NCBI GenBank assembly: GCA_019358915.1
Contig: JAHHIM010000056.1
Location: 1 to 18,999 of the forward strand
Source of the DNA: Trichormus sp. ATA11-4-KO1
GTDB lineage: Bacteria; Cyanobacteriota; Cyanobacteriia; Cyanobacteriales; Nostocaceae
Direction of reading: 5' to 3'
DNA length: 18,999 bases
Shown piece by piece: positions 7,600-16,302 of this stretch. The notes beneath the pieces were generated by a model that made no database searches, had not been told where the DNA came from, and was given only the letters and a program-made list of their open reading frames with translations. The position numbers were made by a program, and so were the translations under genes. How positions within the stretch are numbered: the stretch's first letter is position 1; each line of letters begins with the position of its first letter.

Positions 7600-8040
7600 T
7601 TTTCTTTTTTCACCGGGTTATTCGCTGTAGCTGCAATGGCACGAAGTGCCGAGCAGGTAGGCGAATAACCCGGAAATTTTTGATTGATTCGCCCCTGAAA
7701 AAGACTTATTTAAAGGGGGTTTGGGGGACACCCCCAACAAGCAATGAACGCCTCTTTTGCGGAGCAAAAGCAGCGCCGCAGGCGCGTTAAGGCGTATTGC
7801 TTGTCTATGTCCCCGCGCGAAGTCAATGGGTGGCATGAACCACGGGGCATCACGAGGATATGGGCGAATGCAAGACTCAGCCTCATCACGAGTTTCCCTC
7901 TGTCATCCCCTCGGTTACACCGAGGGCTGGGTCTATTCTGCAATGCTGCTCATACTGGTGGTACTAAGGGTGTGATTTACGCCGTTACTACTTTTTTCAA
8001 CTAGTCTACCTCACGAGGCTACAAACCCGATTTGGCTGAT
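7600..8040. other. Candidate oriT / divergent mob promoter region
   Basis: GC-rich intergenic region between mobC-relaxase and the traK-like operon; long imperfect hairpin ACAAGCAAT..ACGCCT / AGGCGT..ATTGCTTGT (7737-7804), TTGGGGG/CCCCCAA hairpin, CACGAG(G) repeats; nic site not identified. Confidence 0.55.
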
Positions 8041-8123
8041 ATTTGTCACATTTACACAAAAAACTTAAAGTTTCTGTGACCGTAACTTTTTTACAATGGA
8101 CTAATTTGTTGATACTCCTATCT

Positions 8124-8600
8124 ATGCCTCGTAAACCTAAGACAGTTCCATTATCCAAAGTTGAAGATATTCAAACTAGTCTCAAACAAAAGGCGGCAAC
8201 TCCTAAAACTATTAGTCTGGACGAATTAGTCAAAACTTTAGCTAAACCTATTCAGGATATGTTGGATGCTGGCTATGATTATTCGGATGTTGCTGAGGTC
8301 TTTCAGGGACACGGTGTTGAACTAGCCGCTAGTGGAATTAAGAGTTTTTATAAAAAGGCAATATCTACAACTGCTAATCAACATATTAGTAACGAAGCAT
8401 CAGTGGTAGCTGAATCAGAATCTACAGATTCAGCTACCACATCTGGTGATGATATCTCACCAGTAGAGCCAGAAGCTTCTTCACCGAATACTAATAAAGA
8501 ATCATCTCCACCACTAGCGACTGCAACTACTGCAAAGGGAGGGAAATCAGCGGCTAAAACTAATTCCCAATTCAATGTCACTAATAGGAGTGAATTATGA
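8124..8600 (+). CDS. TraK/StbA-like (pTF-FC2 MobC-like) oriT-region DNA-binding protein
   Basis: Likely ATG at 8124 (MPRKPK); 'LAKPIQDMLDAGYDYSDVAEVFQGHGVELAASGIKSFY' helical domain plus disordered tail; first gene divergent from the candidate oriT. Confidence 0.6.
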   Translation: MPRKPKTVPLSKVEDIQTSLKQKAATPKTISLDELVKTLAKPIQDMLDAGYDYSDVAEVFQGHGVELAASGIKSFYKKAISTTANQHISNEASVVAESESTDSATTSGDDISPVEPEASSPNTNKESSPPLATATTAKGGKSAAKTNSQFNVTNRSEL

Positions 8601-9403
8601 AACGTATAGTGATGATTCTAGGGGGTAAGGGTGGTACTGGTAAGACTGCTTTTACTCGCTTGCTTCTGGATGTCATGCACTCCAAGGGAATTAATTATCT
8701 CGCTTATGATGCCGATACAGAGAATCCAGAACTGTATGAGTATTATCAAAATTTTGGTAACGGTGTCAGACTGTTGAATTTCATTGAGGTGGCTGAGGCG
8801 AAACGCTTTTTTACTGAGATTAAGGCGGAATCACCAGATTCAGTAATAGTAGATATGCCAGGGGCATCAAGCAATAAAACTAGGGAAATTATTAGTAAGT
8901 TTGGGTTATTTAAAATTGCGGGTGATTTGGGTTATCGGGTGACGCTGGTGACTGTATTAAACCTTGGGTATTCGGTCATCACTAGTTTAAAAACTATGGT
9001 GGATTTTTGTGGCGCTCAAGCTGATTATGTGGTGGTGAAGAATCTCTGCTGGGATAAGGGTTCTGGTTTTCAGCGTTGGGAGAATAGCAAAACTTCGGCA
9101 ACGATTTCTGAGTTAAAGGGTTTAGAAATAGAAATGCCAGAGTTGGAATACTCGACTTTTGACACGTTAATAGAAAAGGGTTTGCCTTATTCGGCGGCGA
9201 CGGAGGAGAATGGTTTTCCTTTTGGGGATTACCTGTTGGTGAGTGGGTTTTTAGACCAGGCTAAACCGGAGTTGGAAAAGGCTGGGGTTTATTTGGGGTT
9301 AGAGCAACCAGAGGGGAATCAAGCTAAGAGAACGAGTGCAACTAATCAGTCAGCAGTAACTGTGTCTACTTCTCGCCGGGGGCGCAAAAAAGTAAATGAA
9401 TAA
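8597..9403 (+). CDS. TraL/MobD/StbB-like P-loop ATPase (ParA/MinD superfamily)
   Basis: 'GGKGGTGKT', 'YDADTEN', 'IVDMPG', 'YVVVKN'; ATGA-coupled to the upstream gene. Confidence 0.8.
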   Translation: MKRIVMILGGKGGTGKTAFTRLLLDVMHSKGINYLAYDADTENPELYEYYQNFGNGVRLLNFIEVAEAKRFFTEIKAESPDSVIVDMPGASSNKTREIISKFGLFKIAGDLGYRVTLVTVLNLGYSVITSLKTMVDFCGAQADYVVVKNLCWDKGSGFQRWENSKTSATISELKGLEIEMPELEYSTFDTLIEKGLPYSAATEENGFPFGDYLLVSGFLDQAKPELEKAGVYLGLEQPEGNQAKRTSATNQSAVTVSTSRRGRKKVNE

Positions 9404-10139
9404 TGACTCTAATGTCAACGGCAATCCTCACAATTCCCATCCTTCAACTGCCAATTCAGTAGAACTCAGTGAACTAGGGGAGGTGAAGACGGCGCTGGGC
9501 AGGTTGTATAAGGAATTTGAAAGTTTTAAGCAATTACAAAAAACTGAACGTGAACGGGATAGGGCGGAGTTACAAGCATGGGCGCAAACGAATTTAATTC
9601 AGAATCAACTCCTCAGCAAGGCGATGGTGACTATCGAGATGCTGACGGGGGAATTGAAGAATCAGAATCTCTCTTGGAACGAGTACGAGCAGAACAACGA
9701 AAATTTGAGGCAAGAATTGACTCTCTTGCTGAGTCAATCACAGAGTATCAGCGAATCCTCAACGACATTGGAGAGCTTAGAGTTCAAAGGGCTAAAGAGC
9801 GAAATCTCCGAGTTAAAGTCGAACTGGAACGAGTTAGTTCTTCACACGAACAGGTTGACTACGGTTATTCAGGAGTTGAAGCAGAATCCCCCTCAAAATC
9901 CCACGAGAGAAAAAGAGGTTTTGCACGTTGAACCACTAGGAAGTGGTTGCTTTATGGCTTTGGGTACTGGTTTCGCTTTTTTAGTTTTATTCTTTTTAGT
10001 TAATCTATTAATCCCGGTAAGAATCTCTAACGATATCGACACTTATTTGAGAGCGATTTGGCAGCGTACTCGTTGGAGTAATACCAAGTTGGAGCGGGTG
10101 GAAAAGCATCTTGGTACTGACCCTAATCAAAAAAAATAA
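9396..10139 (+). CDS. Coiled-coil protein with C-terminal TM (TraM/MobE-like by position)
   Basis: 247 aa; heptad L/E/Q-rich region, TM 'FMALGTGFAFLVLFFLVNLLI'; overlaps the ATPase stop. Confidence 0.7.
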   Translation: MNNDSNVNGNPHNSHPSTANSVELSELGEVKTALGRLYKEFESFKQLQKTERERDRAELQAWAQTNLIQNQLLSKAMVTIEMLTGELKNQNLSWNEYEQNNENLRQELTLLLSQSQSISESSTTLESLEFKGLKSEISELKSNWNELVLHTNRLTTVIQELKQNPPQNPTREKEVLHVEPLGSGCFMALGTGFAFLVLFFLVNLLIPVRISNDIDTYLRAIWQRTRWSNTKLERVEKHLGTDPNQKK

Positions 10140-10280
10140 GTGGGCTATAGGGGGATTTCGGCGGCTAACCAATAGCGGCGACTATTGACAATTTTCGCCG
10201 TGATTTTTAACTGGATAAGTTGTTTTAGCAGCGCTAATTATTTTAGTACTGCTGTTTATCGTTTTCAGTCATCAGTAGAT

Positions 10281-10670
10281 TTAACTCAGTTTTGGGCTGA
10301 AGGGTTTACTTGATTTTTGGTCGATTTCATGTAGCAAATCTGGGTGAAGGTAGTATCCTTGATTGCGAATAATTAGGGTTTTCTGGTCAATCAAAGATTG
10401 CAAAACTCTATCAAACTGCTCTGTGGTAAACAGGTATTTAATTGGATTAAACCCCCTGTTAATGAACTGCAAACTCCCCATAAACAATCCTTTGTAGTCG
10501 TGGATATTTTCCAGCTGTACACCCCAGACGATAGCAGGTGGTAAAGTTTCATCTTTGGGTTGTATTGCTCCCGCCATCTTGATTGTTTCTTCAGTAATGT
10601 TGTCACCACTCCTGGCAGCTTGTTTACGCCGTTGTGCTTTACCCATATTTAAATCCTCACTGCAATACAA
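10281..10670 (-). CDS. Hypothetical protein downstream of the primase-helicase
   Basis: 129 aa (more likely start MGKAQRRK at 10646); co-oriented with and adjacent to the rep gene. Confidence 0.6.
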   Translation of the reverse strand: MYCSEDLNMGKAQRRKQAARSGDNITEETIKMAGAIQPKDETLPPAIVWGVQLENIHDYKGLFMGSLQFINRGFNPIKYLFTTEQFDRVLQSLIDQKTLIIRNQGYYLHPDLLHEIDQKSSKPFSPKLS

Positions 10671-13600
10671 TCAACCAACTCAAGTAACATTCCACTTGTC
10701 GTAGACGCGGTTCCAGAGTATCGTCATCCAGCCAAACAATGAATTTGGTCAAGATATTACCATCATGATTCTCAGTTTTCACGCGAATGACAACGCCCTC
10801 TTTACCATCACGCAAACTTCCTAAAGTATGGGGACGAATTTTTACTCGTGTTCCTTTAGTAATGGTAGGCGTTGGCTCTGTGTGGATTTGGGAATGGGTA
10901 GTGTCATTTTTCGCAGTTTCATTCTCAACAAGTGTGGTTTGCACCGCAATAAGGGTGTCTGGCACCCCAGTTTCCACCCCAGTTTCCACCCCAAGAATGC
11001 TTGATTTATCGGCATCGCACCCCACCCACCCCAATGTGGCGGGGTTGCTCTCTAGATTTTGATTTTCTGCTGCATTTACTGGCAGCTGTTCAGGTAATGG
11101 GGTAGGGGGGTTGATTTCTCTATGGGGTTTTTCTACGACATCCCCAGGTAATTGCTCGGTTGATGGGGTGGCGGGGTGTGTTTCTGAAAGAATTAATTTT
11201 TCAGCTACTGTTTGGGCTGGTTGGGGCATTTCAGTATGGTCATTGGTCACTTCACATTGATGATTAATATTTTTTTCTGCAATGGTGTGGGGAAAATTGG
11301 GGTGGGTGGGGTGGAGGTCTTGATTTAACGTGGTTTTTTGGGGTGGGGCTTGGGGTGGAATTGGGGTGCTAGGGGTGCTTATTGCGGTGCGAACTGGGCT
11401 TGTTGACAATGAACTTGCATCATCTGGGGGTGAACCGGAGTTAAAGCCAATGCCTTGGATTGCCAAAACTGTTTTCTTGCCACTGGTGTGGGGGATGGTG
11501 ATTTTTTTGGCTTTGGGGAATAGCTGTAGAAAGCGGGGGATAACTTGATTAGGAGCTTTGATATTTTTATCGCTGGGTTTGGCTTGGTCTACCCAAATCG
11601 CTTTAAATTTGCCGTTGCTGGTTTCTTCATAGTCCAGGGTGCCGTTATCCCGATACCACTGTTCCAAAACTGTCCAAATTTCGTTCGCGGTTAAAATGCT
11701 GTTGGGTTTGTAGTCTAAGCTCACGTCTTGACAGAATTGGAATAAGTGACAGTTTTCGGTTTGGATAGCGGTTAGGGCTGCTTCTGTGGAATTGTAGTCA
11801 ATGCCATCCCGCATCAAGTCTACTAGGGCTTGTAGGACGCGGTTTAAAAATGCCGGGACGACCATTGTTTGTATAAAGATGGGGTCGTATTTAAAGCGGG
11901 GATCTGCTTCAATTTCGCCTTTAGTGGGGTTGGCGTTGATGACAAAGGTTTTGTTGAAGGAAAGCACGGCGTAGCGGCTCTTAATCGCTTCTAGAGTCCC
12001 CTGTAAGTTGGGGGTGTCGTTGACGTTAAATAAGGTGATCGCCGTTGGGGTAAATTCTTCACTGTCTACGCCTTTACGTTCTGAATCGAGTGGTTCGCCG
12101 GTAATGAAGGCTTTTAAGCTTTGGATTTTATCCAAGCGATCGCTGTTGGTGTTTTCTGTGGCCCAGTTGACTCGGCTATGGACTAATTTCGCTAGGGAGA
12201 ATTTGCGTCCCTCGTCATAAGCAGCAAAGTCGGCTAAGGTGCAGCCGGTGATGCCGCGTTTGCCATACATGAGGCTGACGACTTCCCGCAGAGTGTCTTT
12301 GCCGTTGTTACCGTCGCCCCGGCATAACAGACCTTTGATTAAGCGACCTTTGTGTTTTCGCACTGTGGGTAGGTCGAGGGAGGCGGCGATGGTTCGCAAG
12401 AAGATTTCTGCTTGGGCAGGGTCTAGGCACGACAACAGGCGATCGCAATGAGTGCTGTCAGCATCTGGGTCATAAATGGCAATGGGTTTGTAGGTGTAGT
12501 AAAGGTCTGGGGTATGTTTAATTAGCTGCCAACTGGGAATCTTATTCTCCCAAATAATTTGTAAAACGCCGTTGACGCAATTGATCCCCGGTGGGTTGAG
12601 TGCGTCTGGTCTGACACCAACTCGGATTTTCACCCAGCGTAAAATCTTTTCCACAGCTGCGGGGTTGGCGTAGGGGAAACAAATTTGATTACCTCTGAGT
12701 ACGGGGAAATTATTGCAGAAGTTGGCAATCCGCTTTAACTCGACGACATCGGGGCTATGTTCGTAGTAAGTGTCATCCCAACAGTACAATTTGTCGGCAG
12801 CGCAAATCCAAGGTTGATCACCGTAGAGGATTTCAAATGCTTTTTGGGTAATTTCGGTTAACGGCTGGAAGTTGTCTGGGATGTCTGCCAGAAAGTTATT
12901 GGCTTGTTCAACTCGTTGGTCAAATTCAGTTTGTCCGTCCACAGCAGCGTGAATCTCCTGTTCTATTTTGCGGATAAAATCTGGCACTTCCATCTGCGCC
13001 AATATCTGTTCGATGTCGCTGCCATCATGGGGTAAATTTTGGCAAATTTGTTTGGGGTTAATTAGAACGCAGGGCAAGCCTACATCAATGCAGCATTTCT
13101 GAAAGATTTCGGCTTTCTTCATGCCAGTTGAGTCTGGGTCATACAAGAACACCATGACTGCCATGAGCAATTCTGTTTTAACTTGGGTGAGGATGCGCTT
13201 AATTTCTGCCTCACTCCAGTTACTGCCTTGCAAGGTGGAGCTAGCAATTTGAATTGTTCTGGCGATTTCCACGCATTTTTCACCTTCCTGCCATAGCACT
13301 GCTGGTGTACCGGGGGTGTTTTTAGCGGCGGAGATCGCCTCATCAAGTCGGTATGCACTCCAAGAAGCATCGCCTTTAGTCCATTGCCATGAGCCATCAG
13401 CAGCGATGTGGCACTGTACAAAGGTTTTGTCGCTGCCTTTTGCAATGCTTGTGTCTGGCCAATCAAAACGGGATACCTGTTGGTGAGGAGAATATTTATA
13501 AACTGTTTCGACAACGCTGGTTAAATTGGCTTTTGCAGCTGCAACTTGTCTTTTAACTCGTTTGGGAATGAATGAGGGTTGTTGTGGTTGGGGGCAGTCT

Positions 13601-13956
13601 TTTGCTGGAGCATCCAGTCTGACTAATGTTGCATCTGCTGGAACGGGTACTGGCTCTTTTTTAGGCAACGGGTGCGGTTTTGGAAAAGCTGCTCCCCTGC
13701 CCCTCTGCTCCCCTGCCCCTCTGCTCCCCTGCCCCCTGCTTTCTTCCCACGGTGAAACAGCTTCCCTAATATCCCGGCACTCACAGCCGTTCCAGCATTG
13801 ATATTTGCCTGTTTCCTGGTCGATAGTCAGGTTATTACCGTCGCACACGGGGCAGATATAACGATTTTTCTCCTTGGTAGGAGTCAGCTTTTCTGTAAAA
13901 TTCCGAATGTCAAAAGTCTTGAGGCTGTTGTTTGGTAGTAACCCTGTAATCGTCAT
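10657..13956 (-). CDS. Plasmid replication primase-helicase (Zn finger + TOPRIM + D5/P4-alpha-like SF3 helicase)
   Basis: 'CPVC...YQCWNGC' Zn finger; TOPRIM 'WQEGEKC...YDPDSTG'; D5-N-like 'GINCVNGVL'; Walker A 'GDGNNGKDT', 'LKAFITGEP..ERKG', 'LFNVND.P'. ATG at 13956 follows GGAG (the track starts at TTG 13968). Confidence 0.88.
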   Translation of the reverse strand: MTITGLLPNNSLKTFDIRNFTEKLTPTKEKNRYICPVCDGNNLTIDQETGKYQCWNGCECRDIREAVSPWEESRGQGSRGAGEQRGRGAAFPKPHPLPKKEPVPVPADATLVRLDAPAKDCPQPQQPSFIPKRVKRQVAAAKANLTSVVETVYKYSPHQQVSRFDWPDTSIAKGSDKTFVQCHIAADGSWQWTKGDASWSAYRLDEAISAAKNTPGTPAVLWQEGEKCVEIARTIQIASSTLQGSNWSEAEIKRILTQVKTELLMAVMVFLYDPDSTGMKKAEIFQKCCIDVGLPCVLINPKQICQNLPHDGSDIEQILAQMEVPDFIRKIEQEIHAAVDGQTEFDQRVEQANNFLADIPDNFQPLTEITQKAFEILYGDQPWICAADKLYCWDDTYYEHSPDVVELKRIANFCNNFPVLRGNQICFPYANPAAVEKILRWVKIRVGVRPDALNPPGINCVNGVLQIIWENKIPSWQLIKHTPDLYYTYKPIAIYDPDADSTHCDRLLSCLDPAQAEIFLRTIAASLDLPTVRKHKGRLIKGLLCRGDGNNGKDTLREVVSLMYGKRGITGCTLADFAAYDEGRKFSLAKLVHSRVNWATENTNSDRLDKIQSLKAFITGEPLDSERKGVDSEEFTPTAITLFNVNDTPNLQGTLEAIKSRYAVLSFNKTFVINANPTKGEIEADPRFKYDPIFIQTMVVPAFLNRVLQALVDLMRDGIDYNSTEAALTAIQTENCHLFQFCQDVSLDYKPNSILTANEIWTVLEQWYRDNGTLDYEETSNGKFKAIWVDQAKPSDKNIKAPNQVIPRFLQLFPKAKKITIPHTSGKKTVLAIQGIGFNSGSPPDDASSLSTSPVRTAISTPSTPIPPQAPPQKTTLNQDLHPTHPNFPHTIAEKNINHQCEVTNDHTEMPQPAQTVAEKLILSETHPATPSTEQLPGDVVEKPHREINPPTPLPEQLPVNAAENQNLESNPATLGWVGCDADKSSILGVETGVETGVPDTLIAVQTTLVENETAKNDTTHSQIHTEPTPTITKGTRVKIRPHTLGSLRDGKEGVVIRVKTENHDGNILTKFIVWLDDDTLEPRLRQVECYLSWLIVLQ
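10963..11432. repeat. Inverted clusters of CACCCC/GGGGTG hexamers, candidate replication origin inside the rep gene
   Basis: 5x CACCCC at 10963-11032, 9x GGGGTG at 11165-11432; perfect 18-bp IR 11018-11035 / 11296-11313. Confidence 0.55.
13689..13740. repeat. STRR-like tandem repeat (CTGCTCCCCTGCCCCT x~3) in frame within the rep gene
   Basis: Encodes the SRGQGSRGAGEQRGRGA linker after the Zn finger. Confidence 0.8.
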
Positions 13957-14319
13957 AGTAAACTCCAATTCCTGGATGGGGTGGACATTGGAGCGGGTTC
14001 TGCGTCATAAATACTCGTTATCTATCAAGAATGCTGCTTATGCTTTTGATTTCGCTCATTTGTTAACTGTGATGACAGAATTTGATGAAGTCAAAAGATG
14101 TGCAAAAAATCTTTAACGTTCAACTGGCATTTTTCCAGCAGAAAGTAACAAGATTTGGTCAACAATCTTGTAATATAGATTTACGGGCGCACTTGTAAGG
14201 GCGCGCATCGCAGACTAGTCCCCCTGTAACTAAATCAGTTTTTGGTTTCCGAGGCCGCCACTGATAGAAGTTGTAGGAGATTAGCTAATCCCGCTTCTAG
14301 GTTGTAAAAAAATCATACC

Positions 14320-14371
14320 AGCCAAATGCCGCTCTTGAAACAGAGGGGCTGTTTTGGCTTTAATTTTTTTT
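14320..14371. terminator. Hairpin between the coiled-coil gene and the rep leader
   Basis: AGCCAAA..GCCGCTCT-tgaaac-AGAGGGGC..TTTGGCT followed by a T-tract on the + strand. Confidence 0.45.
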
Positions 14372-14458
14372 TGCACTTCATGCTATTCACCTTTTGAATT
14401 AAGTTGATTTGAAAACTGAAAGACAGCACCAAGGGTACTGTGGAGCGCATTATTCCTT

Positions 14459-15067
14459 TTACCTCGCATCACCCCCTTGTTGCCGTAGTAAGTAGTCCAA
14501 AACTCTGTCAATTCGTTCCAAAGCCGCACCAGTAGTGCGTTGAAACTCCCGAAACTCGGATTTTTGCTCTTCGTAATTTCGGTCAAGTCGAGTGATAATG
14601 ACTTCTAATCTTTCGGAACGTCCATCCGCACGTTCTAAAACTGTCGCCTGTTGGTTAAATATTCGCTGCGTGTGAAAGATAAACTCATCTAACCTGCTGG
14701 ACAGTTGATCAAGTTGTGTTTGAGTTCGATTCTGAGCCACAGTTAAGTGGTCAACCCGCTCAGTCAGCTGATCTAGTTTGGCATCGGTAGCTGTTTGCGC
14801 TGACAGTAGTTGACCTATTCGGGCATCGGTAGCTGTTTGTGCTGTCAGTAATTGGGCTATTTGGCCATCGGTAGCTGTTTGTGCTGTCAGTAGTTGGGCT
14901 ATTTGGGCATCAGTGGCATCTTGTCTACTAACTGCCTGGTCTAGTTTTTCTCCAACGCGGTCAAGCCGACGATTTGCTGATTCACCATAGGTAGCGGCTG
15001 ATGCTAGCAGTTGTCTTACTACTGTTAGGTCATCCTCAACACGGTCTAGTCGTTGTTCTGTGGTCAT
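14459..15067 (-). CDS. Coiled-coil protein with 14-aa tandem repeats
   Basis: 202 aa; ATDAQIAQLLTAQT x3 (42-bp DNA repeats starting at 14780, 14822, 14864, partial at 14906); MTTEQRLDRVE start. Confidence 0.85.
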   Translation of the reverse strand: MTTEQRLDRVEDDLTVVRQLLASAATYGESANRRLDRVGEKLDQAVSRQDATDAQIAQLLTAQTATDGQIAQLLTAQTATDARIGQLLSAQTATDAKLDQLTERVDHLTVAQNRTQTQLDQLSSRLDEFIFHTQRIFNQQATVLERADGRSERLEVIITRLDRNYEEQKSEFREFQRTTGAALERIDRVLDYLLRQQGGDAR

Positions 15068-15121
15068 GCTGTTTCTTTTTGTTATCTATTCACAGTGTCG
15101 CTCTGGGTTTGTTTAATAATT

Positions 15122-15331
15122 CTATGCTGCTCCATCCTGTTGTTGTTGAGAATCTTTCCAGTCAAAATACTCCTTTAATAAATCCTCTAAGCCTTGACTG
15201 TTATCAATTTCACGTTCAAGGCAAAACAATTTAAATTTTTTAAATAGCTCCTTTGGTATATGACCCCGAAGTGCAGCATAATCAAGGTCATCTTTCTTAG
15301 CAGCCATAGTAATTAAATATAAATTTCGCAA
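15122..15331 (-). CDS. Small RHH-like DNA-binding protein
   Basis: 'ALRGHIPKELFKKFKLFCLEREIDNSQGLEDLLKEYF'; probable start at MAAKK. Confidence 0.75.
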   Translation of the reverse strand: MRNLYLITMAAKKDDLDYAALRGHIPKELFKKFKLFCLEREIDNSQGLEDLLKEYFDWKDSQQQQDGAA

Positions 15332-15471
15332 CTTCTGTCTTTATTGAAGCATAAGAGTTTATTTTTCAAGAAAATATTTTTAGCACCGTGGCTTGCTCTG
15401 AACAGATTGCTATGTCCATGCTTCCATCAGTAAGCAAGGGATTACAAAGGGACTAATCATCGATGATTACA

Positions 15472-15678
15472 TCACTTCGTCCCTTCTTGATTAGATTGCT
15501 TTTTTTCCTTATTTGCAATCGCATCCTCAATAAAAATTTTTACTAAATTATTAACTGTTCGGCGTTCCTCCTCAGCCCATGCTTTGAGTTTATCCAGTGT
15601 TTCCTCATCTAAATAAACAACTACTCTGGGCTTGGTGCTAGGCATTGCTTCATATATACTCATCTGTTTTATTATCAC
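15472..15678 (-). CDS. CopG/Arc-family RHH regulator
   Basis: 'KPRVVVYLDEETLDKLKAWAEEERRTVNNLVKIFIEDAI'; AGGAGG upstream. Confidence 0.85.
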   Translation of the reverse strand: MIIKQMSIYEAMPSTKPRVVVYLDEETLDKLKAWAEEERRTVNNLVKIFIEDAIANKEKKQSNQEGTK

Positions 15679-15704
15679 CTCCTAGTTACACTTTCGTCTT
15701 GGGG

Positions 15705-15734
15705 TTGACACCTATGACTACCTGTTGCTAGATT
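15705..15734 (+). promoter_or_regulatory. Sigma70-type promoter for the rightward operon
   Basis: TTGACA (15705-15710), 18-nt spacer, extended -10 TGcTAGATT (15726-15734). Confidence 0.55.
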
Positions 15735-15852
15735 AACAGGCAAGACAGAAAAACAGCAAGCACCGTCAACTGATGTTTGTCCACCGAGTAAGGAAAAGCT
15801 TATAAATCAAACCTTTTAGCGTGTGGGCATGACAAAGCAACGGTGACTACTA

Positions 15853-15900
15853 AATCACTGCCTGACCACTGCCAGTAATGATCACTGGCTGTTAATCACT
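15853..15900 (+). repeat. (A/G)A(T/C)CACT(GCC) repeats in the operon leader, possible operator
   Basis: aatcactgcc, gaccactgcc, gatcactggc, aatcact. Confidence 0.45.
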
Positions 15901-15927
15901 ATTTGCCCATTAATCAATAGATGCTCT

Positions 15928-16302
15928 ATGAAAGCGTCAAATTCCTCACGGGGACTTGATTTAGACTCCCCTGGCTTGTTTTGCTCAAGTTATGTTACAA
16001 AATCTGAACTTGCAAGAATTCTTAACGTTGCCCGTTCAACTTTAGTCAGTTGGGACAGCATTGCACTGTACCGCATAGATAGTTATCGCCAAGCCTACCC
16101 AGTCAAAGCAGATGGCACTACAGACCGTTCTTGCCCGTTGTCACCCTACCAAAGCTGGGTGCTTTCTCGTGTTGGTCGGGTAATGCAAAATCTCAAATCG
16201 GCTGAACGAGTCAAGAACTACATCAAAAAGTATCCCCAAGAATTTAGCCCAGCCAAGTTTCAAGCACAGTTCACCCAAGTAACCAGAGGTAATGCAGCAT
16301 GA
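15928..16302 (+). CDS. HTH DNA-binding protein (MerR/excisionase-like N-terminus), hypothetical
   Basis: 'VTKSELARILNVARSTLVSW'; ATGA-coupled to the next gene. Confidence 0.75.
   Translation: MKASNSSRGLDLDSPGLFCSSYVTKSELARILNVARSTLVSWDSIALYRIDSYRQAYPVKADGTTDRSCPLSPYQSWVLSRVGRVMQNLKSAERVKNYIKKYPQEFSPAKFQAQFTQVTRGNAA

Noticed and set aside
7618..8004. Four overlapping ORFs in the mob intergenic region
   Set aside because: Mutually overlapping in a GC-rich hairpin region at the expected oriT position.
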